A stretch of DNA of 64,000 nt from an uncultured Candidatus Saccharibacteria bacterium (GCA_964399865.1 CAYNRJ010000001.1:394050-458049); one strand, 5' to 3'; counted from the stretch's first letter, positions 11,265-21,414 are shown. Notes: a model not told the origin generated them from the letters alone. Numbers and translations: made by a program.

Positions 11265-11827
11265 CGATAGAGATTCTCAGAGATGGTAAATGATCGAACC
11301 TGGAAAGATCCCGATTGCCAGGAAACCGTGACGGAAACTCTCACTTCATCGGTACCCGCTCCTACGAACTGTGCTGAGACAGAACGCGTGAACCTTGTAT
11401 TCGTCCAACCTTGGCCATTTCCGCAATTACTCGTAGGCCACGGACAGCTTGGACGATACCCATACAGGTTTCCGTCTGTCTGAAGTGGTGGACACACTCC
11501 CGAGGGGCAAGAATGCATGCTGTCGTCACGAGTATCCACGACGAATGCAGCGCCGTTCGTCGAAGGAACACCTGTCAGAAGATCAATCGACGCCCCAAGA
11601 GCATTCTGGAGAATATTTCCATCACGGACATGGCGTACAGTTTCCACCGCTTCTTGTGCGAGGTGGAATGCAGTAACTTGGTCGCGCGCATAGTACGCGG
11701 TCGCAAGACTTCGTGCGGTGAGTGTCATCGCTGAGGCGACTGCGGTGGTTAGAAGCGTTATGGCAACGAGAGTTTCTATCAAGGTAAACCCTCGTGCGCT
11801 CTGTCGTAGTACTAGTGTTTTTTTCAT
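11237..11827 (-). CDS. Minor pilin/pseudopilin
   Basis: N-terminus MKKTLVLRQSARG|FTLIETLVAITLL is a class III (prepilin) signal. Confidence 0.7.
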
Positions 11828-12429
11828 AGGTCCAATATTCGCTGCACAGCAGTCGCCTGAATATGAAATGTGGTTGTTGTTTTTACTTTCTCCGCCCCCG
11901 CTGTTCCCTTTAGTTCGATAACCACTTTCGGCTGTACAGAATCCCCCCGATCTTCTGCACCTACAACATAGAACGTCATACTTTCGACAGCTACGGTAGG
12001 AGCAGTGACTGCAAAAGAGTGCGCGCCACTGTCTTCCGATTTATAAATACGCTGTGTAACTGCGTCATAGGCGTATACCCATTGATCCTGGTCGTCATTC
12101 GGATTACCCCCGAATGGCTCGAACGCGAGTACCACATCCCCCGCGACATCGCAGTCGTCTGCAGTCGCATACTCTCCAGGACCGCAATGATAATTGCTAC
12201 CCATGCGTATCGCACGGACCATACTATCGAGCGTAACGTTTAGGTTATTCATAACAGAGTGAAGAGCCTGTGTTTTTCTGTTGGCGTCCACAAGTGACAG
12301 AAGCGCAGCAACTGAAATAAGCATCACCACAGCAAAAAGAGCTGAGGCAACGATCATCTCGACAAGAGTAAATCCTGCTTCACCTGTTTTCTTCTTTTTC
12401 TCTTCGGTAGATTTCATAAGACTACTCAA
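11824..12429 (-). CDS. Minor pilin/pseudopilin
   Basis: GEAG|FTLVEMIVASALFAVV prepilin motif. Confidence 0.7.
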   Translation of the reverse strand: MSSLMKSTEEKKKKTGEAGFTLVEMIVASALFAVVMLISVAALLSLVDANRKTQALHSVMNNLNVTLDSMVRAIRMGSNYHCGPGEYATADDCDVAGDVVLAFEPFGGNPNDDQDQWVYAYDAVTQRIYKSEDSGAHSFAVTAPTVAVESMTFYVVGAEDRGDSVQPKVVIELKGTAGAEKVKTTTTFHIQATAVQRILDL

Positions 12430-13078
12430 CAGCTATTTGACCCGTAGCTTCAATGATAACGCTCACCTGATCATCTCTGGGAGATTCTAGAACGATTCGT
12501 GCGCGCTCATATAGCGACCCAGGGCTTATGATCCCAGAATTTCCATTCACGCTTATATATGCGTCAGGCTCGGGCCGCTGAAACAGTATGCTCACCGTAT
12601 TTAGTCCACATACTTCGGCTCCGCCTCCTGAAGGAGTGCCACATATATCTTGTATATGGAAACCGCGCTGCATAGTGGTCGACTGAAGCAGCTCGCCGTG
12701 AGCTGCCTCATATAGTCCGTTTTCTGAACCTGCAGGATAAATATCCGCGAACATCACGTAGGATGTTGGGCTACTTCTGTTGAAATAGACTCCGTACCCT
12801 GTGTCGTAATCACCCGCCCCAAATCGCCTAACTGCTGTTCCATATACCTGCGCTTCGCGAATGGAAAGACCAACATCATAGGCCATGTTCTTGAGTAGGA
12901 TCGCGCCACCAAAGCGCGTATTATTTGCAAGAACTAAACCCGAAATCAGAACTAGGATCCCTGTAACAACGAGAAGCTCTATGAGAGTAAATCCTCGTGT
13001 ATGCGATACGACATTCCTATCTGTGATTGGATATTGGAATTTCATAGATTGCTTTGTCTTCTCATATTCCGTAGACAA
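12422..13078 (-). CDS. Minor pilin/pseudopilin
   Basis: HTRG|FTLIELLVVTGILVLI prepilin motif. Confidence 0.7.
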   Translation of the reverse strand: MSTEYEKTKQSMKFQYPITDRNVVSHTRGFTLIELLVVTGILVLISGLVLANNTRFGGAILLKNMAYDVGLSIREAQVYGTAVRRFGAGDYDTGYGVYFNRSSPTSYVMFADIYPAGSENGLYEAAHGELLQSTTMQRGFHIQDICGTPSGGGAEVCGLNTVSILFQRPEPDAYISVNGNSGIISPGSLYERARIVLESPRDDQVSVIIEATGQIAVE

Positions 13079-13985
13079 TACTCAGTATTGTCAGAGGGAA
13101 CCCGTACATGTGCGCGAACCAAACTAAGAAACATGAGCCAATTAGATACGGCCCGAAGGGTATCTCGCTCTTCATTGTAAGCGGAGAAGAGTTCGATGAA
13201 CCTTCGTTTCCCTCATCGTGTGGAGAACTGAGGAGCCTCCTTCTGAATCGAGTGAAGGACTCTGAAGAAAAATACATCAAGGGGACGGAGATGAGTGCGC
13301 CTATAACAAACGAGAGGAAAAGCGCCGTAAGTCCCCCTTCAATTCCTAGAAGCCATCCGATTGAAAGAGTCAGTTTTGAGTCCCCCAGTCCCATCCATCT
13401 CCCCTTTGAGACGAGCCACAGCGCAAAAAGCGGAAGCGCTGCTATTGGGCCAGCAATAAACGCGGCTATAACAGACGTGTCCGTAACGACTGCGCCAATT
13501 ATTGCGGCTGAAAGAGTAAGGATTCCGAGAATGAACGCCCACGGGTCTGGAATTATCGTCGTACGAAGGTCATGCAATGCGATCGCGATGAAAAGCGCGA
13601 CAATAGGGAGGGCAAGGATCTTGAACGGTAGCGTGATGGATGCAAGAGCTACCCCGATGAAAAGGAGCGCGGTAACTCCTTCAACGAGAGGATACTGAGC
13701 GGATATAGAACTGCTGCAATACCTACAACGACCTTTTAAGATAATCCAAGACAGGACTGGAAGAAGGTCGTACCACTGTAGAGTAGTACCACAGGAAGGA
13801 CATGCGCTCCGTCCCCCAAGCGATTTCTCGCCATGTCTCAAAATGAGGACATTAAGGAAACTTCCTATAATTAGGCCAAAACATCCAAAAACGAGCGGGA
13901 GCATTGAAGAGTAGTATAACGCAAGAAGCGCCCGTTGGGCGCTTCTTGACTCGAAAAAACCGATAACACTTACGGAGCGACGCAA
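13062..13985 (-). CDS. pilD: Prepilin peptidase (A24 family). The start may instead be the internal Met at 13904.
   Basis: N-terminal helix with GSFLNV, a Zn-binding CPSCGT...CRYC motif, and a multi-TM A24 body. Confidence 0.85.
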   Translation of the reverse strand: MRRSVSVIGFFESRSAQRALLALYYSSMLPLVFGCFGLIIGSFLNVLILRHGEKSLGGRSACPSCGTTLQWYDLLPVLSWIILKGRCRYCSSSISAQYPLVEGVTALLFIGVALASITLPFKILALPIVALFIAIALHDLRTTIIPDPWAFILGILTLSAAIIGAVVTDTSVIAAFIAGPIAALPLFALWLVSKGRWMGLGDSKLTLSIGWLLGIEGGLTALFLSFVIGALISVPLMYFSSESFTRFRRRLLSSPHDEGNEGSSNSSPLTMKSEIPFGPYLIGSCFLVWFAHMYGFPLTILSIVYGI

Positions 13986-14461
13986 TAGACTACTTCAGTT
14001 GCAAGACCTGCGTTTGCGTTACAGTTCGTAGCGCCTCCGTTGATCGTAATTGCCTGAGCTGTGTCGTTGTCGTTCGAAAGTGCGCTTGTCTGTCCGGCAC
14101 CTTCAAGGATTGCTCCTAGGTAGTAGCCAGTACCGCTTCCTGTCTGTACGTAGCCGTATGCTGCAGTACCACCGCTTGGATCAGCTGGAAGAACTGATAT
14201 ATATCCTGGGGTAACAACAGATGCGACGTTGAGAGCTGCTGGGTATGCATTAGATGCATCGTATGCAAGCTCGAGCGCCAACTGAAGCTGCTTAATATCG
14301 GAAACACGACGTGCGTCCCTACCTTTCTTACGAGCACTGTTAAGAGATGCGAGCACGATAGACGAAAGAATGCCGATAATTGCAACGACGACAAGAAGTT
14401 CGATGAGGGTAAAGCCCCTCGAACCACTTACCTCAAGACCGCGTTTAGGAAAAAGTGACAT
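13970..14461 (-). CDS. Type IV major pilin, paralog 2
   Basis: MSLFPKRGLEVSGSRG|FTLIELLVVVAIIGILSSIVLASLNSARKK... The first 65 aa are identical to the upstream paralog. The C-terminus is divergent and Cys-containing. Confidence 0.85.
   Translation of the reverse strand: MSLFPKRGLEVSGSRGFTLIELLVVVAIIGILSSIVLASLNSARKKGRDARRVSDIKQLQLALELAYDASNAYPAALNVASVVTPGYISVLPADPSGGTAAYGYVQTGSGTGYYLGAILEGAGQTSALSNDNDTAQAITINGGATNCNANAGLATEVVYCVAP
14268..14461. repeat. 194-nt segment (5' end of pilin paralog 2) identical to 14961-15154
   Basis: Read directly: both stretches run ...agctcgagcgccaactgaagctgcttaatatcgg...aaaaagtgacat and are base-for-base identical. Flanks differ. Confidence 0.85.
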
Positions 14462-14587
14462 GAAAATCTTAGTTAATAGGATAAATTAATAAATGTACGA
14501 GTATCCCCGTGTCGTGTAATTGTACTCTCTCTTTAAGGGAGTGTGACCACTCGTGTGGATAACGTGAAGCCCAAAAAACCCCTAAAT

Positions 14588-15154
14588 TTAAGGTTTTACG
14601 TCGTAACAAGTCTCCGTTCCACCGGGTTGGGCAGTACCGGGGGTCGAATCGCACGTAGAACCTGCAGATAATCCGCTGAATTCGGGGATACCGCCCGTAC
14701 AAGTTGCCGCTACATCCGCATCAGCATCATTTGCAAGCGCAGGGTGTGTTGTAAGTTCTAGCGTCGCACCGAGATGGTACGACGAACAATTTGTCGCTGT
14801 ACCGTTAGCGGCGTAGGAATAATTCGCACCTGTTGAAGGATCTTTCGGGAGCGTAGAGATGAAGCCATTCCCTACGAGACCGGCGCTATTTCCAATGCAT
14901 CCTGCTCCTGTAGCTGAGAACTGAGCTACGTTCGGGTATCTGTTGCAGGAATCGTAGTAGAGCTCGAGCGCCAACTGAAGCTGCTTAATATCGGAAACAC
15001 GACGTGCGTCCCTACCTTTCTTACGAGCACTGTTAAGAGATGCGAGCACGATAGACGAAAGAATGCCGATAATTGCAACGACGACAAGAAGTTCGATGAG
15101 GGTAAAGCCCCTCGAACCACTTACCTCAAGACCGCGTTTAGGAAAAAGTGACAT
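14588..15154 (-). CDS. Type IV major pilin, paralog 1
   Basis: Same prepilin leader and N-terminal helix as paralog 2. Divergent C-terminal globular domain with several Cys. Confidence 0.85.
   Translation of the reverse strand: MSLFPKRGLEVSGSRGFTLIELLVVVAIIGILSSIVLASLNSARKKGRDARRVSDIKQLQLALELYYDSCNRYPNVAQFSATGAGCIGNSAGLVGNGFISTLPKDPSTGANYSYAANGTATNCSSYHLGATLELTTHPALANDADADVAATCTGGIPEFSGLSAGSTCDSTPGTAQPGGTETCYDVKP
14961..15154. repeat. 194-nt segment (5' end of pilin paralog 1) identical to 14268-14461
   Basis: See the partner copy at 14268-14461. Confidence 0.85.
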
Positions 15155-15162
15155 ACATCATT

Positions 15163-16371
15163 CTAGAATCCTGACGCAAGGTTATAAATTGGGATTAGGA
15201 CCGACGCGAGAAGCATGGCGACACCAAGCGCTAGGGCCACGATCATGAATGGTTCGATAAGGGAAACGAGCGTATCGACGGAATGATTGACCTCTCGACG
15301 ATAAAAGCGTGACATAGTATCGAGCACGTGCCCGGTATTTCCTGTCTCTTCACCGATCTTGAGCATCGCCACGATAATTCCGGGGATTTCTGGGTGCTTT
15401 CTGAGCGCTTCGGACACAGGAAGACCTGCTTTCACATCAATAACTGCCGTCGCAAGGATCTTTTCGTATGTCACATCCCCTACAACAACTCCTGTGATCT
15501 CGAGAGATCGCAACATCTGAATACCGCTTTGAAGCATGGTGGAGAGGTTGTCTGTAATGCGAGAGAGGAACAATTTTTTGTAGATTCCTCCGATGACAGG
15601 AATCTGAAGTCGTGCTCGGGAGAACATCTCCTTTCCCGCTTTTGTCATGCCGAATCTAAACAAGAAAAATCCTCCCGCCCCTACCATGATCGCGAGCAGA
15701 AGAACATAATCTGTGAAGAAATTACTGAGGCCTATGACGACTTTCGTGTAGATAGGTAGTTCCTGTCCCACTTCTGAAAGAATGCTTGAAAGATTTGGGA
15801 TCACGACCGTGAGCATCACGATCATGACGATGAGGAACGTAAGGGTGATGAATGCTGGGTAGATGAGCGCATTTCTCGCCTTTTGCGTTATTTCGTAGTT
15901 ACGATCCATATAGTCAGAGAGGTACGTGAATGTCTCGTCCAGTTTTCCTGATTCCTCTCCTGCTTTCACCATGTTCACGTAAAAGGACGTGAATACATCA
16001 GGATGCCTCGAGAGCGCGACTGAGATAGCGCTTCCACTTTGAATGTCGTTTGCTATCTCAGTCAATTTCCCAGCGAGCTTAGGTGTGCGCGCTTCAGAAG
16101 CAAGGAGACGGAATGCGCGCAGGGCTGAGACCTGAGCTTCGAACAGCGTTGTTATCTGTCTCGATATCATCACGAGATCAGAGTTCGTTATACGGTCAAA
16201 AAATGATATGCGACTGAGGGGAGAAACTTTATCTTGTACTGGATCAATGTCTGAAATAACGAGATTGCGCCTCTGGAGTGCAGTGATTGCAACGTCAATA
16301 TTGACGGCATCGATCGTACCTTGTCTCTGCGCGCCTTCAGAATCAACTGCTGTGTATTTAAATAGGGACAT
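15163..16371 (-). CDS. pilC: Type IV pilus inner-membrane platform protein (GspF/PilC family)
   Basis: 402 aa with two T2SS-F-like repeats and three TM segments. Sits between pilT and the pilins. Confidence 0.88.
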   Translation of the reverse strand: MSLFKYTAVDSEGAQRQGTIDAVNIDVAITALQRRNLVISDIDPVQDKVSPLSRISFFDRITNSDLVMISRQITTLFEAQVSALRAFRLLASEARTPKLAGKLTEIANDIQSGSAISVALSRHPDVFTSFYVNMVKAGEESGKLDETFTYLSDYMDRNYEITQKARNALIYPAFITLTFLIVMIVMLTVVIPNLSSILSEVGQELPIYTKVVIGLSNFFTDYVLLLAIMVGAGGFFLFRFGMTKAGKEMFSRARLQIPVIGGIYKKLFLSRITDNLSTMLQSGIQMLRSLEITGVVVGDVTYEKILATAVIDVKAGLPVSEALRKHPEIPGIIVAMLKIGEETGNTGHVLDTMSRFYRREVNHSVDTLVSLIEPFMIVALALGVAMLLASVLIPIYNLASGF

Positions 16372-16384
16372 ATAGACAACTTAC

Positions 16385-17449
16385 CTACAAAAGTTTCTGG
16401 AGGACGTTCGGATTGAGTGAATATTGATAGGCACTTTCTACCGTTACTTCCCCGCGTGCCACCAAGTCCGCGAGTGATCGGTTCATATCGATCATCCCCT
16501 CACCCGAACCTGTCTCGATCACCGTATTTATCTCGTGAGTGCGTTTTTCACGTATCAAATTCGCAATCGCTTTATTATTTATGAGAAGTTCATACGCTGG
16601 AATGAGCCCGCCGGATACTCGTGGGATGAGACGTTGACTGAAAATACCGGCAAGGGACGACGCAAGCTGCAGTCGTATCTGATCCTGCTGCGAAGCCGGG
16701 AAGGTATCGATGATACGGTCGATGGTTTGGGCAGCGTTGTTCGTGTGGAGCGTAGAGAAGACAAGGTGCCCTGTTTCTGCCGCTGTGACTGCCGCAGACA
16801 TCGTTTCCGGCCCTCGCATTTCTCCCACGAGGAGTACATCCACGTCCTGACGGAATGCTGATTGAAGTGCTGTAGCGAAATCTTTTGTATCTATATGCAC
16901 TTCTCGTTGATCGACGAGGGACTGTTTTGGAGTGTGAACGTATTCGATCGGATCTTCTATTGTCACAATATGTTCCATTCGCTCGCCATTGATGAGATCG
17001 ATGAGAGATGCGAGTGTGGTCGACTTCCCTTGCCCCACGGGACCTACAACAAGGAAGAAACCTTGACTCTTCCTCGCAAAACTCGTCAAAATGTCAGGCA
17101 AATTCAATTCTGCGATCGTGCGAATAGTCTTTGGAATGAGACGAAGTGCTATACCGATCGAGCCTCGCTGCACGAATGCGTTCCCCCGAAAACGTAAGCC
17201 ATCTTCCGTTTCATATGCGAAGTCCATTTCCTGCTCTTTAAGGAATCGTGCTTCCTGGTCCGGAGAGAGCAGTATTTTAGAGAAGGCAAGATTGTCCTCA
17301 GGAGTGAGCACGGGCTCTTTGAGCATGGGAGAGAGATTGCTCGCAACACGGATCGTAGGGTGAGCTTCAGTCGATAAGTGTAGATCGCTTCCACCTTCGT
17401 GCACGAGCACATTGATGTATTTTTTGAGCGTCGCTGCGTAATCGGTCAT
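16385..17449 (-). CDS. pilT: Twitching-motility/retraction ATPase PilT
   Basis: 354 aa. Walker A GPVGQGKSTT, Asp box and Walker B (VLLVGEMRG) typical of PilT. Confidence 0.88.
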   Translation of the reverse strand: MTDYAATLKKYINVLVHEGGSDLHLSTEAHPTIRVASNLSPMLKEPVLTPEDNLAFSKILLSPDQEARFLKEQEMDFAYETEDGLRFRGNAFVQRGSIGIALRLIPKTIRTIAELNLPDILTSFARKSQGFFLVVGPVGQGKSTTLASLIDLINGERMEHIVTIEDPIEYVHTPKQSLVDQREVHIDTKDFATALQSAFRQDVDVLLVGEMRGPETMSAAVTAAETGHLVFSTLHTNNAAQTIDRIIDTFPASQQDQIRLQLASSLAGIFSQRLIPRVSGGLIPAYELLINNKAIANLIREKRTHEINTVIETGSGEGMIDMNRSLADLVARGEVTVESAYQYSLNPNVLQKLL

Positions 17450-17519
17450 AGATGTAGTATATCGTGTTTATGCGCTAGATTCCGTCCTCTACTGTGAATT
17501 AGAGCGTTGTAGGAAAAAT

Positions 17520-17939
17520 TTATTTCTTTGATTTCCCCTTCGCTATCTCTCCTTTTATCGCTTCCACGACTTCGGAAGGAATCATGCTCGCTTTTACGAT
17601 GTACCGATCTACGCCGAGATCTTCTGCACGCTTCTTTTCCGAGTCACTCGACTGGTTCGTAAGCGCGACCTTTACCGCATGGGGTGCCAAGGAATCATTC
17701 TTCATGGTCTCCAAAAATGAAAACCCATCCCCTTCTGGCATCAGGATGTCGAACACAACCGCTTCTGGATCAAATCCTCCGCGAAGCACAGTAAGAGCGT
17801 CTCCTACGGAAAGACAAGCGTGCACGGTAAAACCCGCCGCCTTAAACTTCATGCTGTACATATCCATGAGGAATTTGTCATCGTCCACAAGAAGCACAGT
17901 TCCGGAAGTCTTATCAGTACTTGTGGGTGCGTTTTCCAT
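17520..17939 (-). CDS. Stand-alone CheY-like response-regulator receiver domain
   Basis: VLLVDDD...FDILMPEGDGF...KVALTNQSS receiver fold, no output domain. Embedded between pilB and pilT. Confidence 0.8.
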   Translation of the reverse strand: MENAPTSTDKTSGTVLLVDDDKFLMDMYSMKFKAAGFTVHACLSVGDALTVLRGGFDPEAVVFDILMPEGDGFSFLETMKNDSLAPHAVKVALTNQSSDSEKKRAEDLGVDRYIVKASMIPSEVVEAIKGEIAKGKSKK

Positions 17940-17950
17940 AGATAGTTTAA

Positions 17951-19732
17951 TTATACGGATAGTTCCCCAGTATCCTTCTTAGGAGGGGGTACAACCTCTG
18001 GACCAGTTTCGGGAGGTGTTCCTTCCGCCGCAACAGGAGGAGTCGGCTCATCTTCACCGCCTATGAGAAGCCTTGAGAGCGAACTTACCTCTGAGAACGG
18101 CACCTTCTTATCGAACGCTTTTAGAAGCGCGTCTTCTTGCATAGTGAGCATTCCCTGCGCACGTGCAGCCGCCCACAATTTGGAATCTACTGGATTCTCG
18201 AGGATGATGCGTTCCAATTGCGCTGACATTTCGAGTGTTTCGAACACTGCCATACGTCCTCGCATTCCCGTTGGAGATTCAGGAGTACGTTTTGCTTCCC
18301 ACACCGTCTTTGGAACCTTGAAACGATACTGCTCCGGAAGGGATTTTATTTGGGTTTCGATATTCTTTCTATCGCTAGGAGATATCTCTATCTCCTCTTC
18401 TGCTCCTTCGGCAAATCTTCGTACAAGACGTTGTGCCATTGAGACTATGAGAACTGGCGGAATAAGGTACGGCTCAACACCCATGTCGATAAGACGAGGG
18501 ATGGTACCGACTGCGTCATTGGTGTGAATTGTGGAGAGCACCAGGTGACCTGTGAGTGCAGCTTGGATCGCGAGTTTCGCGGTCTCTCCATCACGGATTT
18601 CCCCGACCATGATGATGTCCGGGTCCTGGCGGAGCGTTGTACGGAGACCTGTCGCAAAAGTGTATCCGATCTCCGGACGTACTTGGGACTGCGTCACGTC
18701 TTCTACGAAATATTCCACTGGATCCTCAAGTGAGAGAACGTTTTTGTGCTCGCGATCCATTTCCGAGAGCATGGAATAGAGCGTAGTTGATTTACCGCTT
18801 CCTGTAGGACCAGAGATGAGAATAAGTCCATGAGGTCTTTGTATCGCTTTTCGGAGTATACCGAGACTACGTTCGGTAAGACCAATGTCGGCAAGTGGAA
18901 TAAAGCCTTGCTCACGATCGAGAATACGGATCACGATCTTCTCTCCGTAGTACGAAGGAAATGTTGAAACACGGAAGTCTATTTCCCTACCCTCGATCGA
19001 AGCGGAGAATCGGCCATCTTGCGGTTTTCTTTGCTCGTCGAGTCGCATTGAGGAAAGCACTTTCACGCGAGCGATAAGCGATCGGTGCGTCGCCACAGGA
19101 AGAATGACACTTGTGTGGAGTTCACCGTCAACGCGATACCTGACGCGCACGCCAGAGGGTCTCGGCTCGATATGGATGTCTGAAGCTTTCCCATCGATTG
19201 CATAGCGGAGTATTGTCGAAACGAGTTTGATGGTCGGCGCATCTTCTTGAAAATTCTTCAGTGGTCCCCCATCAGGATTCTTGCGCACAGAGGCATCGTC
19301 CAAATCAAGTGGAGCTGCTTCGACATTTATAGGCTTATCTTCTTTTCGCTCTGTCTCAATATCAACAACCGCACGATCCACTTCCCCGCCAAGACCTCGG
19401 TACATTGAGAGTACTTTTTCGAAATCTTCTTTCGTGATCTTGAAGACCTTGAACGGCATTCCGGTCGATCGCGCGATGAAATTCAGCGCGTCAAACCCCT
19501 GAATGTCGTCTGGGTCCACCATGCCGACTTCAAGCACTCCTTCGGTAACAGAAAGCGGCGCCAACCGATAATGTTCTGCCGATTCTTCTGGGATAAGTTT
19601 CAGGACATCATAGGGGACCTTATTATCCCCGAGGGTACGCTTCGGTACGGTAAGACCAGTACCACCATCTACTGGTAGATCTTCCTCTTGAGGCGAGTCT
19701 CCCTGCGCTATATCTCCTTTTGTTCTTGCCAT
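17951..19732 (-). CDS. pilB: Type IV pilus assembly ATPase (GspE/PilB family)
   Basis: 593 aa, N-terminal GSPII-like domain, Walker A GPTGSGKSTT, Walker B, His box. Confidence 0.9.
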   Translation of the reverse strand: MARTKGDIAQGDSPQEEDLPVDGGTGLTVPKRTLGDNKVPYDVLKLIPEESAEHYRLAPLSVTEGVLEVGMVDPDDIQGFDALNFIARSTGMPFKVFKITKEDFEKVLSMYRGLGGEVDRAVVDIETERKEDKPINVEAAPLDLDDASVRKNPDGGPLKNFQEDAPTIKLVSTILRYAIDGKASDIHIEPRPSGVRVRYRVDGELHTSVILPVATHRSLIARVKVLSSMRLDEQRKPQDGRFSASIEGREIDFRVSTFPSYYGEKIVIRILDREQGFIPLADIGLTERSLGILRKAIQRPHGLILISGPTGSGKSTTLYSMLSEMDREHKNVLSLEDPVEYFVEDVTQSQVRPEIGYTFATGLRTTLRQDPDIIMVGEIRDGETAKLAIQAALTGHLVLSTIHTNDAVGTIPRLIDMGVEPYLIPPVLIVSMAQRLVRRFAEGAEEEIEISPSDRKNIETQIKSLPEQYRFKVPKTVWEAKRTPESPTGMRGRMAVFETLEMSAQLERIILENPVDSKLWAAARAQGMLTMQEDALLKAFDKKVPFSEVSSLSRLLIGGEDEPTPPVAAEGTPPETGPEVVPPPKKDTGELSV

Positions 19733-19751
19733 ACCTATGTATTAGGTGGCA

Positions 19752-20102
19752 TTACGGTCGCGGAGGAACGGTTTGTGTGCCACTTGCTGGAGTAGGTGCA
19801 GTTTGCCCGTCGCGAGGAGCAAATGGATTTACGCGACCAGTTTTTTCAGGAACGATCTCAGAACCAAAATCCTGGAGAATCGCGAAGACGGGATCGGTAA
19901 AGATCGTACCGGATAGAGATACAGCTCGAAGCGTGAGAAGAGTGTCGACAATTCCTCGCTCCGCTGGGTTCTCATTTGCGACGGTTGTCGTCAACAATTC
20001 ATCATTTGAATCGCCAGAAGAAAAGAAATACCACATGCCGCCGAGAACTACCGCCCCGATGACGATGGTGAGAAGTAAGTGACGTGAGAGCATTGCTACC
20101 AT
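19752..20102 (-). CDS. Small TM-anchored protein in the pilus operon (PilP-like position)
   Basis: N-terminal helix LLLTIVIGAVVLGGMWYFF. Family not recognised. Confidence 0.4.
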   Translation of the reverse strand: MVAMLSRHLLLTIVIGAVVLGGMWYFFSSGDSNDELLTTTVANENPAERGIVDTLLTLRAVSLSGTIFTDPVFAILQDFGSEIVPEKTGRVNPFAPRDGQTAPTPASGTQTVPPRP

Positions 20103-20106
20103 AGGA

Positions 20107-20679
20107 TTACTTGAGCCAATAGGTCCTAATAGTAATGTCGAAGCGATACGTTGGTTCAGTCTGCTCTTCCGTTCCCGTATCAGGCGTGAGCGACAACGAT
20201 ACGATATCGGTTATACGCAAACTCGATTCGAGCGACTCGATGAATTGAACAAACGACTCGTAGGTTGCTCTGGTGGAGAATCGGAGCGTCAAGGAATCAA
20301 ATTTCTCTCTTGCGGCTCCTATCGTGCCGAGGACGGAATTCTCGCCCGTTTCACTACCGGGAGTACTGATGACAACGTTCTGGAGCGCCATGCCATGCTT
20401 AGCCGCAAGATTATCGAGATCTAGGACGAGACGAACGTTGTCCACGTGATTTGGCAACATTTTCTCGAGTCGCGACACATCGTTTGGATCAAATGTGTTG
20501 TATGTAGAGAGAAGTGACTGCTTCAATTGCTGAAGTTCGGCTGCCTTTGCGAGGGCCTGATCATACTGAGCGATCTCAACTTTTACTGAGGCAAGCGCAT
20601 CGTAGGTTGGGCGCGTATACATGAAAAATATCGCCGCTCCGATACCTAGTGCTACTGCTGCAAAAATGATTTTAATCAT
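20107..20679 (-). CDS. PilO-like pilus assembly protein
   Basis: N-terminal TM followed by a coiled-coil (AQYDQALAKAAELQQLKQSLL) and a C-terminal domain. Its position follows pilN. Confidence 0.5.
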   Translation of the reverse strand: MIKIIFAAVALGIGAAIFFMYTRPTYDALASVKVEIAQYDQALAKAAELQQLKQSLLSTYNTFDPNDVSRLEKMLPNHVDNVRLVLDLDNLAAKHGMALQNVVISTPGSETGENSVLGTIGAAREKFDSLTLRFSTRATYESFVQFIESLESSLRITDIVSLSLTPDTGTEEQTEPTYRFDITIRTYWLK

Positions 20680-20688
20680 ACCTTTATA

Positions 20689-21387
20689 TTATTCGTCGAG
20701 AGCAGGTTCTTCCGCAGGCGGAGCATCGAATGGTGAGACAGGTTCTGTAGGGACGGGGGTTGTTTGAATTTGCTCAGGAAGCGCTTGCGAGACACCACGT
20801 ATTAGATTGGTGTAATTAATCGCGGATGGATTTATGAGCGCGTTAAAACTGAAATGAACACCGTCCGGCTTTCGATCAATGTTGGAGAATATTGGACTTG
20901 TGACCATACCTACTTTAGTGAAAAGATCGGCTTGCAGTGCTATCGCATTCATACTTCCTGCTACCCCTTCCATGCGAAGGGTCATACGGTCAGACTCTAC
21001 CCCCTCGAATCCGAGAGATCGAAATGTGATCGCGCTTACCGTCGTTTGCTCTAACATTCTGAAAAGCGCAGATACCGCAACGTGCCTACCTAAAACATCC
21101 CCCGCGACTCGCATGCGATCGTCGAGCCGCGCAAGTTGATGAATAAGCTCAGGCTCAAACGCTGCGCTGGCTCTTTCGAGCTGAGCCTTCTTTGACGTAA
21201 GGCTACTGCGCAAGAATTGATCGTAGAGGAATACTCCGGCCCCAAGTGCAGCTGAACCAACGAAAAGCACGACCGCGATGAGTGTGAAAAGCTCAAGAAG
21301 ACCGCTCGACCCTCGTCGATGCGGATGAATCGCCTCCCCCGCGTCGTGAGGGATAAAAGATGGTGGTGCTTTTGGTGCTCCCGGCAT
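20689..21387 (-). CDS. PilN-like pilus assembly protein
   Basis: Short cytoplasmic N-terminus, single TM (LELFTLIAVVLFVGSAALGAGVFLY), periplasmic domain. Follows pilM. Confidence 0.5.
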   Translation of the reverse strand: MPGAPKAPPSFIPHDAGEAIHPHRRGSSGLLELFTLIAVVLFVGSAALGAGVFLYDQFLRSSLTSKKAQLERASAAFEPELIHQLARLDDRMRVAGDVLGRHVAVSALFRMLEQTTVSAITFRSLGFEGVESDRMTLRMEGVAGSMNAIALQADLFTKVGMVTSPIFSNIDRKPDGVHFSFNALINPSAINYTNLIRGVSQALPEQIQTTPVPTEPVSPFDAPPAEEPALDE

Positions 21388-21414
21388 ATGTAAATATTTT
21401 TTTCTTCACTTCCT

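Noticed and set aside
14116-15120. Minus-strand ORFs 14116..14427 and 14926..15120 (MVRGALPSSNFLSS...) inside both pilin genes
   Set aside because: They are alternative frames of the duplicated pilin 5' region, and are identical in both only because the DNA is identical. The pilin frame has the prepilin motif and is the real one.
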